DNA of 64,000 nt from an uncultured Verrucomicrobiae bacterium (GTDB taxonomy: Bacteria; Verrucomicrobiota; Verrucomicrobiia; Chthoniobacterales; Chthoniobacteraceae). Both the position numbers and the translations under genes were made by a program. Positions 42,733-53,493 of the stretch are shown here, in pieces. The notes beneath the pieces were generated by a model. The model ran no database searches and was not told the DNA's origin. It worked only from the letters and a program-made list of their open reading frames with translations. How positions within the stretch are numbered: position 1 is the first letter of the stretch; each line of letters starts with the position of its first letter. The DNA lies in the NCBI GenBank assembly GCA_963769025.1, contig CAVYKI010000009.1:672001-736000 (forward strand), in the 5' to 3' direction.

Positions 42733-44923
42733 ATGCCCAAACGCCCGAAAAAGCCCTCCGGAAAGCCGCCAGCGCAACCGATTCCCAGCGAACAGCCGGA
42801 ACTCCCCTTGATCTCCGCGCCTGAACCCGGGGCAGCGCAAATCGCATCCACAGAGCCCCCTCCTGAACCGACCAACGGCGCGACAGGCGATCCAGCCAGC
42901 GAGCCGCAGGCCGACGCGATGCCAGCCGAGCGCGCAAGGAGGGGGAGAAGGTGCAGGATGAGCAGGCTCCGCTGGCGCAGAGCTATCGCAACTGGTTCCT
43001 CGACTACGCCAGCTACGTCATCCTCGATCGCGCGGTGCCGCACATCGATGACGGGCTGAAGCCGGTGCAGCGGCGCGTGCTGCACACGCTTTGGGACATG
43101 GACGACGGGCGCTTCCACAAGGTCGCGAATGTCGTCGGCGCGACGATGAAGCTGCATCCGCACGGCGACGCCTCGATCGGCGCGGCGCTCGTGTCGCATC
43201 GGGCAGCGCGGCTGGCTCATCGAGCCGCAGGGGAATTACGGCAACACTGCTCACCGGCGACGATGCGGCGGCGCCGCGTTACATCGAGGCGCGGCTCACG
43301 GCGTTCGCGAAGGACGTGCTCTTCAACCCGAAGACGACGACGTGGCAGCTCAGCTACGACGGGCGCAACAAGGAGCCGATCACGCTGCCGGCGAAGTTTC
43401 CCATCGTGCTGCTCGAAGGCGCGGACGGCATCGCGGTCGGGCTCTCGACGAAGATCCTGCCGCACAATTTCAACGACCTCTGCCGCGCGGCGATCAATCA
43501 TCTGCAGGGGAAAAACTTCCGCATCCTCCCGGACTTCCCGACCGGCGGCACCGCGGATTTTTCCGAGTACAACGACGGCGAGCGCGGCGGCAAGGTGAAG
43601 GTGCGCGCGAAGCATCGAGGTGCGTTCGAAGTATCTGCTCGCGGTCACGGAGCTGCCTTACGGCGTCACGACGGAGTCGCTCATCGAGTCGATCCTCGCG
43701 GCGAATGCGAAGGGCAAGATCAAGGTCAAGCACGTGGACGACAACACGGCGGACAAGGTGGAGATTCTCATCCATCTGCCGCAGGGCGCGGAGCCGGAGA
43801 AAGTCATCCAGCAGCTCTACGTCTTCACGAGCTGCCAGGTGCAGCTCAATCCCGCCGCGTGCGTCATCGTGCGCAATCCCGAGACCGGCGACGACAAGCC
43901 GCATTTCCTCGGCGTGCGCGACATTCTCAAGACGCAGCGCGGAGGCGACGAAGGCGCTGCTGAAGCGCGAACTCGAAATCAAGCTCGGCGAACTCGAACA
44001 GCAGTGGCACTGGGATTCGCTGGAGCGCATTTTCATCGAGGAGCGCATCTATCGGAACATCGAGAAATCGAAGACGTGGGAGAGCGTGCTCGCGGAGATC
44101 CGCGACGGGCCTGAAGCCGTTCCTCAAGCAACTCCGCCGCGAGGTGACCGAGGAGGACATCGTCCGGCTCACCGAGATCCGCATCAAACGCATCTCGGCC
44201 TACAACCGCTTCCAGGCCGACGAGGCGATGAAGAAGATCGAGGAGGGCATGAAGGAGACGAAGGCGAACCTCAAGAACCTCACCGGCTACGCCGTCGCGT
44301 GGTTCGAGATGCTGCAGGCAAAAATACGGCAAGGGCATCAAGCGCCGCACCAGCTACGACGAGATCGAGCAGATCGACGCCTCCGCCGTCGTCTCCGCGA
44401 ACCAGCGCCTCTACGTGAACCGCAAGGACGGCTTCATCGGGCTGAACTGGCGGCAGCACGAGTTCGTGCAGGAGTGCACGATCCTCGACAGCGTGCTCAC
44501 GATCATGAAGGACGGCTCGCTGAAGGTCGCGAAGGTCGCGGACAAGGTTTTCATGGGCCGCGAGATCATCCACATCGCGATCTGGCCGAAGGACGGCGAC
44601 ACGAACTTCTACACGATGGTCTACCAGGACGGCGAAACGGGGAAGGCCTTCGCGAAGAAGTTCCAGATCGGCGGCCTCTCGCGCGACAAGCTCTACCCGC
44701 TGGTGAAGTCCGAGAGGCTCGCGCATCGTTTATCTCGCACATCGCCGCCACGGAAAAGGAAATGCCGAAGACGCTCCACGTCTCGCTCGACGGCCGCAGC
44801 GGCGCGCGCGTGCGGGAGATCGATTTCGATCTGACGTCGTTGCCCGTGAGCTCCCGCACTTCCAAGGGACTGACCGTGAGCAAGTGGGCGATCAAGGATG
44901 TGACCGCTCCAAAAACCAAGTAG
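42733..44923 (+). CDS. parC: DNA topoisomerase IV subunit A; about nine frameshifts
   Basis: FLDYASYVILDRAVP; DGLKPVQRR; HPHGDAS; AAAPRYIEARL; GIAVGLSTKILPHN; PDFPTGG; LERIFIEERIY, reassembled across frames. Confidence 0.88.
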
Positions 44924-45268
44924 CCGGCCCGGAAATTTGATGATGATGCGCGCTGGCCGCGGCTGGGGTTGACGGACTTTGCGACGTGGATGCGAATGGA
45001 TAGTTCCTCGTGTCCAGTGTCGTGACTGCGATCTGATCGGCTCACGGCGGCCTGCTCCCGCGGAATACGGACTGCTGCACGGCGGTGAGTCGCGCGCCGG
45101 CGGTGTGAGCGTCGCTTTTCGTCGCAGCTGCGGCGGCTTCTTGCTTGCTCGCTGACGGCGAGGCTGGGAGCATCACGCCCGTCCCCTCCCCGGTGCTGCT
45201 CTTCGTCTTGGTCGTCCACGTTTCGGCCGGCGCGAAAGCGGTTTCCATCAAGCATCAATCCACGCCAA

Positions 45269-46828
45269 ATGAACAAACGAAGCGCACGCCATTGGTTCGC
45301 CATCGCCACCACACTCGCGATGCTTTCATTTCCCCTGGTCGCGGAGACCCGACAAACCGGACGCGGCAACGGCGGCGGCAGCCCCGTTGGGAATCCGAGC
45401 GGTGATCGCGCCGGGCACCGGGGACTCCTTGGACCGCACGCTCACGCTGGCGCACCGGTCAGGCCCTTCCATCGGCATCAGCGTCGGCCCGGGATTGATT
45501 CCATCCGCGACTGGAATGAGATCGCGTTGAATGCCACCGGTCTGGACCACACGCCTGTCGCGCCGGGTGAAGGCCGTGTTTTCGGCGAGCAATTCGGCCC
45601 CTGCCGGGCAAGCCGGGCGATGGCCATCGTCCACGTTGCCATGTTCGACGTGGTGAATGCGGTGGTGGGCGGCTACGAAGGCTACACGTCGCTGCCGCCG
45701 GCCAGGAGCCGCACCTGCATCAACGCGGCGGTGGCGCAGGCAGCCCACGACACCTTGTGCGCACTTTACCCCTCGCAGAAGCCGACCTTCGATGCCGAAC
45801 TGGCCAGGGATCTTGACGCCCTGCGGAATGACCCGGGCAAGGCGAATGGCATCGCGCTGGGCCGCCGGGAGGCGGAATTGATCCTCGCGTTGCGGGCCAA
45901 CGATGGTTCGCATTTTGCAGATCCGCTGGTTGGCAGCGAATTCATCACCGGCAGCAATCCCGGCAACTGGCGCCAGGACCCGGTCAGCCTGTGGCCTACT
46001 GCCATCGGTGCGTATTGGAGCAGCGTGAAACCATTCGTCCTGCAGACGGGCAGCCAGTTTCGGCTCCCGGTCCCGCCAGCGCTGAGCAGCGCGGCGTACG
46101 CAGCCGCATTCGACGAGGTCAAACGCCTCGGCGGTGACGGAATCACAACGCCCACCGAGCGGACCGACGAACAGACATTCATCGGCATTTTCTGGGCCTA
46201 CGACGGCACCCCCAGCCTCTGCGCACCGCCGCGGATGTACAATCAGATCGTGACACTCATCGCCGGGCAGATGCGCTCCAGCGATCTCGAACTCGCGCGG
46301 CTCCTCGCATTGGCAAATCTTGCGATGGGCGACGCCGCGATCACGTCGTGGGAATCGAAATTCTTTTACCAGCTGTGGCGGCCGATCACCGGAATCCGGG
46401 AGGCTGATACCGACGGCAATCCCCTCACAACGGCGGACCCGACCTTCACCCCGCTCGGCGCACCCGCGAGCAATCTGATCGGCCCCAATTTTACGCCCCC
46501 CTTCCCCGCCTGCCCCTCCGGACATGCGACCTTCGGCGGGGCCGTGTTCCAGGTGCTGCGGCGGCATTACAAGAGGGACCGGTTCCAGTTCACCTTCGTG
46601 TCCGACGAGTTCAATGGCTCCACGACGGACAACCAAGGCAATCTGCGCCCGCTCCGCCCGCGCAATTTCACGTCGTTTTCCCAAGCAGAGGAGGAAAACG
46701 CGCAAAGCCGGATCTACCTCGGCATCCACTGGAGCTTCGACAAGGACCTGGGCATCGCCCTCGGCAGGAAAGTGGGCGACTACGTATTCGAAAACGCGCT
46801 GCGCCCATTGCGCGGATCGCGCCGTTAA
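45269..46828 (+). CDS. Exported vanadium-dependent haloperoxidase-like protein (PAP2 superfamily)
   Basis: Signal peptide; SRAMAIVHVAMFD; KFFYQLWRP, PSGH and SRIYLGIH vanadate/phosphate-binding motifs. Confidence 0.85.
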   Translation: MNKRSARHWFAIATTLAMLSFPLVAETRQTGRGNGGGSPVGNPSGDRAGHRGLLGPHAHAGAPVRPFHRHQRRPGIDSIRDWNEIALNATGLDHTPVAPGEGRVFGEQFGPCRASRAMAIVHVAMFDVVNAVVGGYEGYTSLPPARSRTCINAAVAQAAHDTLCALYPSQKPTFDAELARDLDALRNDPGKANGIALGRREAELILALRANDGSHFADPLVGSEFITGSNPGNWRQDPVSLWPTAIGAYWSSVKPFVLQTGSQFRLPVPPALSSAAYAAAFDEVKRLGGDGITTPTERTDEQTFIGIFWAYDGTPSLCAPPRMYNQIVTLIAGQMRSSDLELARLLALANLAMGDAAITSWESKFFYQLWRPITGIREADTDGNPLTTADPTFTPLGAPASNLIGPNFTPPFPACPSGHATFGGAVFQVLRRHYKRDRFQFTFVSDEFNGSTTDNQGNLRPLRPRNFTSFSQAEEENAQSRIYLGIHWSFDKDLGIALGRKVGDYVFENALRPLRGSRR

Positions 46829-47054
46829 GAGTCCCGCACCTGCTTGCACCACGACGCGCGGCGACCAGGCCGCAGGGAAAATGCCTGCCAGGATGACGGG
46901 CAACTGAGATGCGTTTCTCTCCAGCCTGCGCTCGTGAAGCGCTGCATTCGAAGAACATGGACGCTCCCGTACGACGCGAAGGCAATGGCGAACTCCGTTG
47001 CCCAAATCCGCTCACCTTCTGCATCCATGTGGCCCCCCTCCTTTCAAGTTGGGG

Positions 47055-47085
47055 GGTACTCGGGGCGGGACTTGAACCCGCACGG
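47055..47085 (-). other. 3' fragment of a tRNA (tRNA-Leu-like): probable att duplication, not a full tRNA
   Basis: Minus strand reads ccgtGCGGGttcaagtCCCGCcccgagtacc: T-stem/T-loop, 3' acceptor strand and discriminator A; no D or anticodon arm. Confidence 0.7.
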
Positions 47086-47195
47086 AGGGAATCCAAAACT
47101 GCGCTTCCGAGCCGCTTATCGCAGGTAAATCGGGGAAGCGGACGGTTTGGGTCACTTTGCGATTTGCGTTAAAATGTGCGTATCGGCGTTAGAAT

Positions 47196-47215
47196 TTGCC
47201 ACGGATTGCCACGGA
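47196..47215 (+). repeat. Tandem 10-bp direct repeat TTGCCACGGA x2 (possible integrase arm-type site)
   Basis: Exact tandem repeat about 110 nt inside the att-like fragment; AATTTGCCAC recurs at 57031-57040 just after the integrase stop. Confidence 0.45.
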
Positions 47216-47247
47216 ACTGGCCAGACCGATTCCGCGCGGCGAGCAAC

Positions 47248-47403
47248 TTGCAGTCGGTCGCGGCGGGCGGGTATCACACGGTGGCGGTGAAGAGCGACGG
47301 CACGCTCTGGGCGTGGGGAGAGAACGGCAATGGCCAGCTTGGCGATGGCCCCACGACGCAGCGTCTTAGCCCCGTGCGCCGCCGTAGGTACGCACCCACG
47401 TGA
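47248..47403 (+). pseudogene. Single RCC1-like repeat remnant
   Basis: [39 protein letters not shown] with no flanking repeats. Confidence 0.75.
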
Positions 47404-47621
47404 TGGGGTCTGAAGTTGACGACTCGATGTGCTGGCGGCGCGCCGCGGAAGATCGGGCGAACGCCCGTGGCGATTTTGTGATGGTGGCTGCTGCCGGCAC
47501 TGGCAGCATCATGCGGATGTCACTCCCCGACGCTGATCCGGGTTTTGGCCGCCCCCGGGGCGGCGGGCGCAAAAGCGATTTCCTTTTGGTCAGCCAGTAG
47601 CACTCTGCTCACCCCCTCTCC

Positions 47622-48938
47622 ATGCCAGCCCCCCGCAAACTCCTCATCATCGGCGGCGGTTTCGCCGGTCTCGACTGCGCCAAGACCCTCGCCAACGACG
47701 AGCGCTTCGAAATCACCCTGGTGGACCGCACCAACCACCACCTTTTCCAGCCCCTCCTCTATCAGGTGGCCACCGCCTCACTCGCCGCCCCAGACATCGC
47801 CCGCTCCATCCGGCAGATCCTCTGCGATGCGAAAAACGTCACCGTCCTCATGGACGAGATCACCGACATCGATCCCATCGGGAAATCAGCCACCGGCAGC
47901 TCCGGGACTGTCTATTCGTTCGACTGGCTTCTCCTCGCGGCGGGCGCGCGAAACGGGTATTTCGGAAACGACGCATGGGCGACTCACAGCCTCGGACTCA
48001 AGTCCCTCGCCGACGCCCAGAACATCCGCCGCACCGTCCTCTCCAACCTCGAACGTGCCGAACTCACCACCGACGAGGCCGAGCGCGGCCGCCTCATGAC
48101 AGTCGCCATCGTCGGCGGCGGACCCACAGGCGTCGAGCTCGCCGGGGCGTTCGCGGATCTCGTCCACCGCTCGTTGAAATCCAATTTCCGCCGGATCGAT
48201 ACCTCCAAGCTCCGCATCATCCTGATAGAGGGGTCCGAACTCGTCCTGGAGGCTTACGACCGCGAGCAAAGCCTCTATGCCCGGCAACGTCTGGAAAAAC
48301 TCGGCGTCGAGGTCCGCAACAACACCCGCGTCACCAACGTCCGCGCCGGCGCCCTCGATTTCAACGACGGCACCGTCCTCGAGGCTGCCGCCATCATCTG
48401 GGCCGCGGGAGTCGCCGCCAATCCCCTCACCTCCTGCCTCGGCGTCCCCACCGACCGCGGTGGCTGCGTCATCCCGAATCCCGACCTGTCGCTTCCCGGC
48501 CTGCCGGACATCTTCGTCGCCGGCGATCTCGCCGCCGTGAAGGAGAGCGATGGCAAGCCTGTGCCCGGAGTCGCCCCGGCGGCCGCGCAAATGGGAGTCC
48601 ACGTCGCCAAGCTGCTCAAGGAGGAACTCCGCCATGGACAAGGACATCCCGGCGAACGCAAGCACGGCGTCCGCCCGCGCTTCCATTATCGGGACAAGGG
48701 CATGATGGCCATCATCGGAAAAAACTATGCCGTCGTGAAAGCGGGGAAATTCCGCCTCCAGGGCTTTGTGGCCTGGCTCGCGTGGCTCTTCATCCACATC
48801 ACGTTCCTGCTGGGATTCCGCAACAAGCTCGCCGTTCTGCTCGGCTGGGCCTACGCCTACGTCTTCAGCAATCCCGAGGCACGCATCATCATCAACCCGC
48901 CCGTCGCCTCGGTCCCCGGCAAGACACCGCTGGCGTGA
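47622..48938 (+). CDS. ndh: Type II NADH:quinone oxidoreductase (NDH-2)
   Basis: IIGGGFAG; NHHLFQPLLYQVAT; VGGGPTGVELAG; IWAAGV; FVAGD; PGVAPAAAQMG; GFRNKL. Confidence 0.9.
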   Translation: MPAPRKLLIIGGGFAGLDCAKTLANDERFEITLVDRTNHHLFQPLLYQVATASLAAPDIARSIRQILCDAKNVTVLMDEITDIDPIGKSATGSSGTVYSFDWLLLAAGARNGYFGNDAWATHSLGLKSLADAQNIRRTVLSNLERAELTTDEAERGRLMTVAIVGGGPTGVELAGAFADLVHRSLKSNFRRIDTSKLRIILIEGSELVLEAYDREQSLYARQRLEKLGVEVRNNTRVTNVRAGALDFNDGTVLEAAAIIWAAGVAANPLTSCLGVPTDRGGCVIPNPDLSLPGLPDIFVAGDLAAVKESDGKPVPGVAPAAAQMGVHVAKLLKEELRHGQGHPGERKHGVRPRFHYRDKGMMAIIGKNYAVVKAGKFRLQGFVAWLAWLFIHITFLLGFRNKLAVLLGWAYAYVFSNPEARIIINPPVASVPGKTPLA

Positions 48939-49041
48939 GCCTCCGTCAAAACGAGCGTTCTCCAATGTCTGCGCGCAGCAGTAATCTCAGCAACACCGCG
49001 CAGGGTCACATCGAGAGGACGCAGGGCAATTCGCAGAACTC

Positions 49042-50526
49042 ATGAAACTTCCACCGCACAAAACCAAGATCGTCGCCACCATCGGCCCCGCGTCGGACTC
49101 GCCGGAGATGCTGGAGCGCCTGATTCGCGCGGGGGTGAATGTCGCGCGCCTCAATTTCTCCCACGGCAATTTAGCCGATCACGCCGAGACCATCGTCCGC
49201 ATCCGGGCCGCGGAAAAGGCCACGGGCGGTCACGTCACCATCATGGCCGATCTGCCCGGGCCAAAGATACGTCTCGGCCAGATCGCGCCGGAGCCGATCC
49301 TGCTCGCCGCCGGCGATGCATTCACGCTGACCAGCGAAGACATCGTGGGCGACGCCCGGCGCGTCTCGATGAGCTTCGAGCCGCTGCCGCGCGTGGTGAA
49401 AACGGGCGACCGTCTCTTTCTCAATGACGGCCTTGTGCAACTGCTCGTCGAGCGCGTCGAGGGCCGTGATGTGCATTGCAAAGTCGCGGTCGGTGGCGAG
49501 CTCCGCTCGAAGAAAGGACTCAATCTTCCGGGAATCAAGCTCGGCATCGGCGCGTTCACCGATCGTGATCGCGAGTGTCTGGAGTTTGCGCTGAAGAGTG
49601 GCGTCGACGCGGTGGGCCAGTCATTCGTCGAGGGTGCTGCGGACGTCGAAGCTGTGCGGGCGGCCGCCGCGGCACACGGCAAAAGTCCCTTCATCATCGC
49701 GAAGATCGAACGCTTGGATGCGCTGGAATACCTCGATGAAATCCTGCGAACCTCCGATGGAATCATGGTGGCGCGTGGCGATCTCGGCGTCGAGGCGCCG
49801 ATCGAACAAATGGCCGTGATCCAAAAGCAGATCATCGCGAAAGCCACTGACGCCGGGAAGCCGGTCATCACGGCAACACAGATGCTTGAATCCATGACCA
49901 CGAGCCGCCTGCCGACGCGTGCAGAGGCGACGGATGTCGCCAATGCCATCCTCGACGGCACCGATTGCGTCATGCTCTCCGGCGAATCCGCCATCGGCAA
50001 ATTCCCGGAGGAAGCGGTGATAATGCTGGCGAAAATCGCGACGAGCGCGGAGGCGCATCGCGAAGCGAGGAGACAGGATGGATCGCATGCCGAGCGCCAA
50101 ATGGCCGCGCCGACCACCGCCGACGAGGCGATCTCCGATGTCGTGCAGTATTCCCTCGGCGCCGTGCCTTGCTCGGCGGTGTTTGTCCCCACCCACACCG
50201 GCACGACTGCGCGTATGATCTCGCGCTTCAAAACCGGCGTCTGGATTGTCGGCGTCAGCCGCGATGTCGCAGTCTGTCAGGGTCTGGGATTTTCCTACGG
50301 CGTCCGCGCTCTCCATGTGGATGACGATCCCGCCGACTGGCGCGAATTTTCCGGCAATTGGTTCCGCGATCACGACGTTCCCGCCCGCCTCGCCATCCTG
50401 CTCGCCGGTCCTTCCACGGAAAACCCGGACGCCAACTACCGCATCGAGTTCCTGCGCTTCGCTCAACCTCACTACAGACCCCCACACTCCGTTACCCCCA
50501 TTCACGCCGTCGTTGGCGGCGTATGA
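49042..50526 (+). CDS. pyk: Pyruvate kinase
   Basis: [80 protein letters not shown]. Confidence 0.95.
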   Translation: MKLPPHKTKIVATIGPASDSPEMLERLIRAGVNVARLNFSHGNLADHAETIVRIRAAEKATGGHVTIMADLPGPKIRLGQIAPEPILLAAGDAFTLTSEDIVGDARRVSMSFEPLPRVVKTGDRLFLNDGLVQLLVERVEGRDVHCKVAVGGELRSKKGLNLPGIKLGIGAFTDRDRECLEFALKSGVDAVGQSFVEGAADVEAVRAAAAAHGKSPFIIAKIERLDALEYLDEILRTSDGIMVARGDLGVEAPIEQMAVIQKQIIAKATDAGKPVITATQMLESMTTSRLPTRAEATDVANAILDGTDCVMLSGESAIGKFPEEAVIMLAKIATSAEAHREARRQDGSHAERQMAAPTTADEAISDVVQYSLGAVPCSAVFVPTHTGTTARMISRFKTGVWIVGVSRDVAVCQGLGFSYGVRALHVDDDPADWREFSGNWFRDHDVPARLAILLAGPSTENPDANYRIEFLRFAQPHYRPPHSVTPIHAVVGGV

Positions 50527-50713
50527 GGCGTGTTTGAAGGCAACCAGCACCGCTCAAGCGCCCTGGCATGTCGTTCCCGCCGACTGCAAGAAAAATGCCA
50601 GGCTAATCATCTCAGAGATCATCCTCGATACCATGAAGGAACTCAGCATGAGTTATCCGACAGTCGGCAAGGCGCGCCTCAAGGAATTGCAGGCCATCCG
50701 CAAAGAGCTTTGA
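50516..50713 (+). pseudogene. C-terminal remnant of a polyphosphate kinase 2 (PPK2) family gene
   Basis: [36 protein letters not shown]...YP resembles the PPK2 C-terminus; no start or catalytic core. Confidence 0.75.
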
Positions 50714-50742
50714 ACGCGAACTCCGATGATGAAGGTTGAACC

Positions 50743-52071
50743 ATGAAACATCTCAAACGGCTGTGGAGCAATCTGGACTCGAGCTTTTGGTTTGTGCCCT
50801 CAGTGATTTTGGCGTTCAGCGTTGCTCTCGCTGTGGCATTGATCCACTTGGATTCCAGCAAGGGCGAACAATGGCTTGCCCGCTGGCCGCGCCTGTTTGG
50901 TGCCAGCGCGGAGGGTGCCCGGGGAATGTTGTCCACGATTGCAGGTTCGATGATGACGGTGGTGGGGGTGACGTTTTCGATGATTTTGGTGACGCTGGCG
51001 CTGGCCTCGAGCCAATACACTTCACGCATCCTGCGGAACTTCATGCGCGACCGTGTCACGCAGGTCGTGCTCGGGATTTTTGCCGGTATCTTTACCTATT
51101 GCCTGATCGTGTTGCGCACCATCCGCAGCGCAGGCGATGGCTCGTTTGTTCCGGACCTGGCAGCGGCATTCGGTGTGGTGCTGGCAATCGGCGGGATCGG
51201 AGTCCTCATTTTATTCATCCATCACATCGCCGATTCGATCCAAGCCTCGAGCATCATCGCCTCGGTAGCCGCTAAGACCATGGGGGCTGTGGACCGGCTT
51301 TTCCCGGAGAAGCTTCGACAAGCGCGGGTGGACGACGCTGAAGATCAGACCTCCCTCGCTCTGCCGGAGCGGAACTGGCAGGCGGTCCCGGCCGAGGGCA
51401 ATGGTTACATTCAAAGCGTGGATAACGCGACGCTCCTGCGGCTGGCGCGGGAGCACAAGACCATCGTGCGGATGGAGCGCGGCATCGGCGAGTTCGTGGT
51501 CCATGGCACCCCTCTCGCATCGCTCGCTCTTGACGAGCCGCCGGCGAAAGAGATCGTCGCCGACCTGCAGGCGGCCTACAGCATCGACCGCCATCGCACG
51601 GTGGACCAGGATTGCGCATTCGGCATCCGGCAGCTCGTGGACATCGCACTGAGGGCACTCTCCCCGGGCATCAACGACACCACGACGGGTGTAATGTGCG
51701 TGGATTATCTGACGGCGATTCTGGCGCGGCTGGCTACCCGAAAGTTCCCTTCCTCGCATCGCCATGAGGAAGGGGAACTGAGAGTGATCACCATCGGGCC
51801 GACCTTTGCCGGCTTGGTGTCCAAATCGTTCGATCAAATCCGAGGCAGCGCCGTGGGCAATCTCGGCGTGATGCTACGGATGCTCGGCGCGCTGCAAACC
51901 ATCGGCAGTCGCACGACCAGTCCCTGCCGGCGCCGCGCGCTCCGAGAAGAAGTGCAATGGATCGCCGAAATGGCCGAACGCACCATCGAGTCACCGCACG
52001 ACCGGGAGCGGTTTGAGAGCCGGCTGGCGAATGTGCGCGAAGCACTCGGTTCCGAGACGGATCTACCGTAG
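50743..52071 (+). CDS. DUF2254 membrane protein
   Basis: SFWFVP; ARGMLSTIAGSM; LASSQYTSRILRNF; FIHHIA; QLVDIALRALSPGINDTTT. Confidence 0.9.
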   Translation: MKHLKRLWSNLDSSFWFVPSVILAFSVALAVALIHLDSSKGEQWLARWPRLFGASAEGARGMLSTIAGSMMTVVGVTFSMILVTLALASSQYTSRILRNFMRDRVTQVVLGIFAGIFTYCLIVLRTIRSAGDGSFVPDLAAAFGVVLAIGGIGVLILFIHHIADSIQASSIIASVAAKTMGAVDRLFPEKLRQARVDDAEDQTSLALPERNWQAVPAEGNGYIQSVDNATLLRLAREHKTIVRMERGIGEFVVHGTPLASLALDEPPAKEIVADLQAAYSIDRHRTVDQDCAFGIRQLVDIALRALSPGINDTTTGVMCVDYLTAILARLATRKFPSSHRHEEGELRVITIGPTFAGLVSKSFDQIRGSAVGNLGVMLRMLGALQTIGSRTTSPCRRRALREEVQWIAEMAERTIESPHDRERFESRLANVREALGSETDLP

Positions 52072-52211
52072 GAGGATTGGCGTCGGCTTTACTCCGCAAT
52101 CACGATCGCAGGAGACAGGGCGTCTCTACGGAGGAACCAAACGCCGGTTTGATGACGAGATAGCGCCCCGCTGCTCCCGTTTCGCAACGATCCGGCGTGG
52201 TTCTGTGAAGC

Positions 52212-53342
52212 TCATCTGGCCGTTGCCTCAGTGTTCACCTCTGGATGGAACGGGAAGTCGGTGTAGCCTTTGGCGGTCGGGGCGGACCACGCCTTCAGGT
52301 CTGCGGGCGGATTCAACTCCCAGCCGTGCGTGAACCGCTCCACGAGATCGGGATTGCTCAGGTAGGGCCGGCCGAACGCAATGAGGTCCGCCTGGCCGGA
52401 AGCAATCGCGGCTTCCGCCGTTTCCTGCGTGTAGCCGCAGTTGCCCAGCAGCGGCCCCGAGAAGACCGCGCGAAACTCCTGAAGCGTCATCGGCTCCCCC
52501 TGCTCGTGGAAGCCAAACGCCAGCCCGTCCACCACATGGAGATAGGCCAGTCCATAGCTGTTCAGCTGCGCGGCGACGTAGGTGAACGTCTCCCGGAAAT
52601 CAGGCGCGCCCATGTCATTGAAGTTCCCGTTGGGCGACAACCGCACCGCCACCCGGTTGGCCGGCCATACCGTGAGGATTGCTTCCACGATCTCTTTCAG
52701 AAAGCGGTAGCGGTTCTCCACGCTCCCGCCGTAACGGTCCGTCCGGTGATTGGTTTTGGAGTCGAGGAATTGGTTGATCAGATAGCCGTTGGCCGCGTGA
52801 ATTTCCACGCCGTCGAATCCGGCGGCCTTGGCCCGCTCCGCCGCCCGCCGGTAATCCTGAACGACCGCCGCCACTTCCTCCGTCTCCAGGGCGCGCGGTG
52901 TTTCATAGGGCTCCTTGCCCTTGGGCGTGTGAATGGTGTCGCCGTTGATCTTGATCGCCGAAGCCGACACCGCCGGCTTGCCCCCATGGAAGCTGCTGTG
53001 CGACGCGCGCCCGCAGTGCCAGAGCTGGAGAAAGAAGGGCGTGCCCCGGTCGCGAAGCGCCGTCGTGATTTTCTGCCAGCCGGCCACCTGCGCGTCGTTG
53101 TAAATGCCCGGCGAATCCACCCAGCCAAACCCCTGCTCGGAAATCGTCGTCGCCTCCGCGACGATGAGCCCGGCCGAGGCGCGCTGCGTGTAATACTCGA
53201 TCATCAGGTCGTTCGGCACCCGATCACGGCCGGCGCGGGCGCGAGTGAGTGGAGCCATCACCACGCGATTGCGCAACGGCAGCCCGCGCAGGTCAAAGGG
53301 GGAGAGCAGATGCGGTGAAGTGTTCGAAGCAGGGATGTTCAT
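52212..53342 (-). CDS. Old Yellow Enzyme family alkene reductase (NemA-like)
   Basis: NRVVMAPLTRARA; YYTQRASAGLI; QLWHCGR; GFDGVEIHAANGYL; RTDRYGGSVENR; FGRPYLSNPDL; GYTDFP. Confidence 0.93.
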   Translation of the reverse strand: MNIPASNTSPHLLSPFDLRGLPLRNRVVMAPLTRARAGRDRVPNDLMIEYYTQRASAGLIVAEATTISEQGFGWVDSPGIYNDAQVAGWQKITTALRDRGTPFFLQLWHCGRASHSSFHGGKPAVSASAIKINGDTIHTPKGKEPYETPRALETEEVAAVVQDYRRAAERAKAAGFDGVEIHAANGYLINQFLDSKTNHRTDRYGGSVENRYRFLKEIVEAILTVWPANRVAVRLSPNGNFNDMGAPDFRETFTYVAAQLNSYGLAYLHVVDGLAFGFHEQGEPMTLQEFRAVFSGPLLGNCGYTQETAEAAIASGQADLIAFGRPYLSNPDLVERFTHGWELNPPADLKAWSAPTAKGYTDFPFHPEVNTEATAR

Positions 53343-53493
53343 AAGTTTGATTGCCAGCAGGATCGGCCGTGCGCCCGCAGGTTTATCGGCAGAGTGGCGG
53401 TCTTGGATGGCTCGATGGCGCTGAAGACCGATTTAATTTTGATCATGGCGTCAGACGGACGATGAGTTTGGTGATTTTGGCGGGGCTACTCCG

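Noticed and set aside
45042..45251. 69-aa ORF divergent from the haloperoxidase gene
   Set aside because: Low-complexity sequence with no motif, starting within 20 nt of the opposite gene start; unsupported.
47055..47113. Complete tRNA gene
   Set aside because: Only the T-arm and 3' acceptor strand are present. The partial acceptor complement at ~47106-47112 is too close, and there is no D or anticodon arm.
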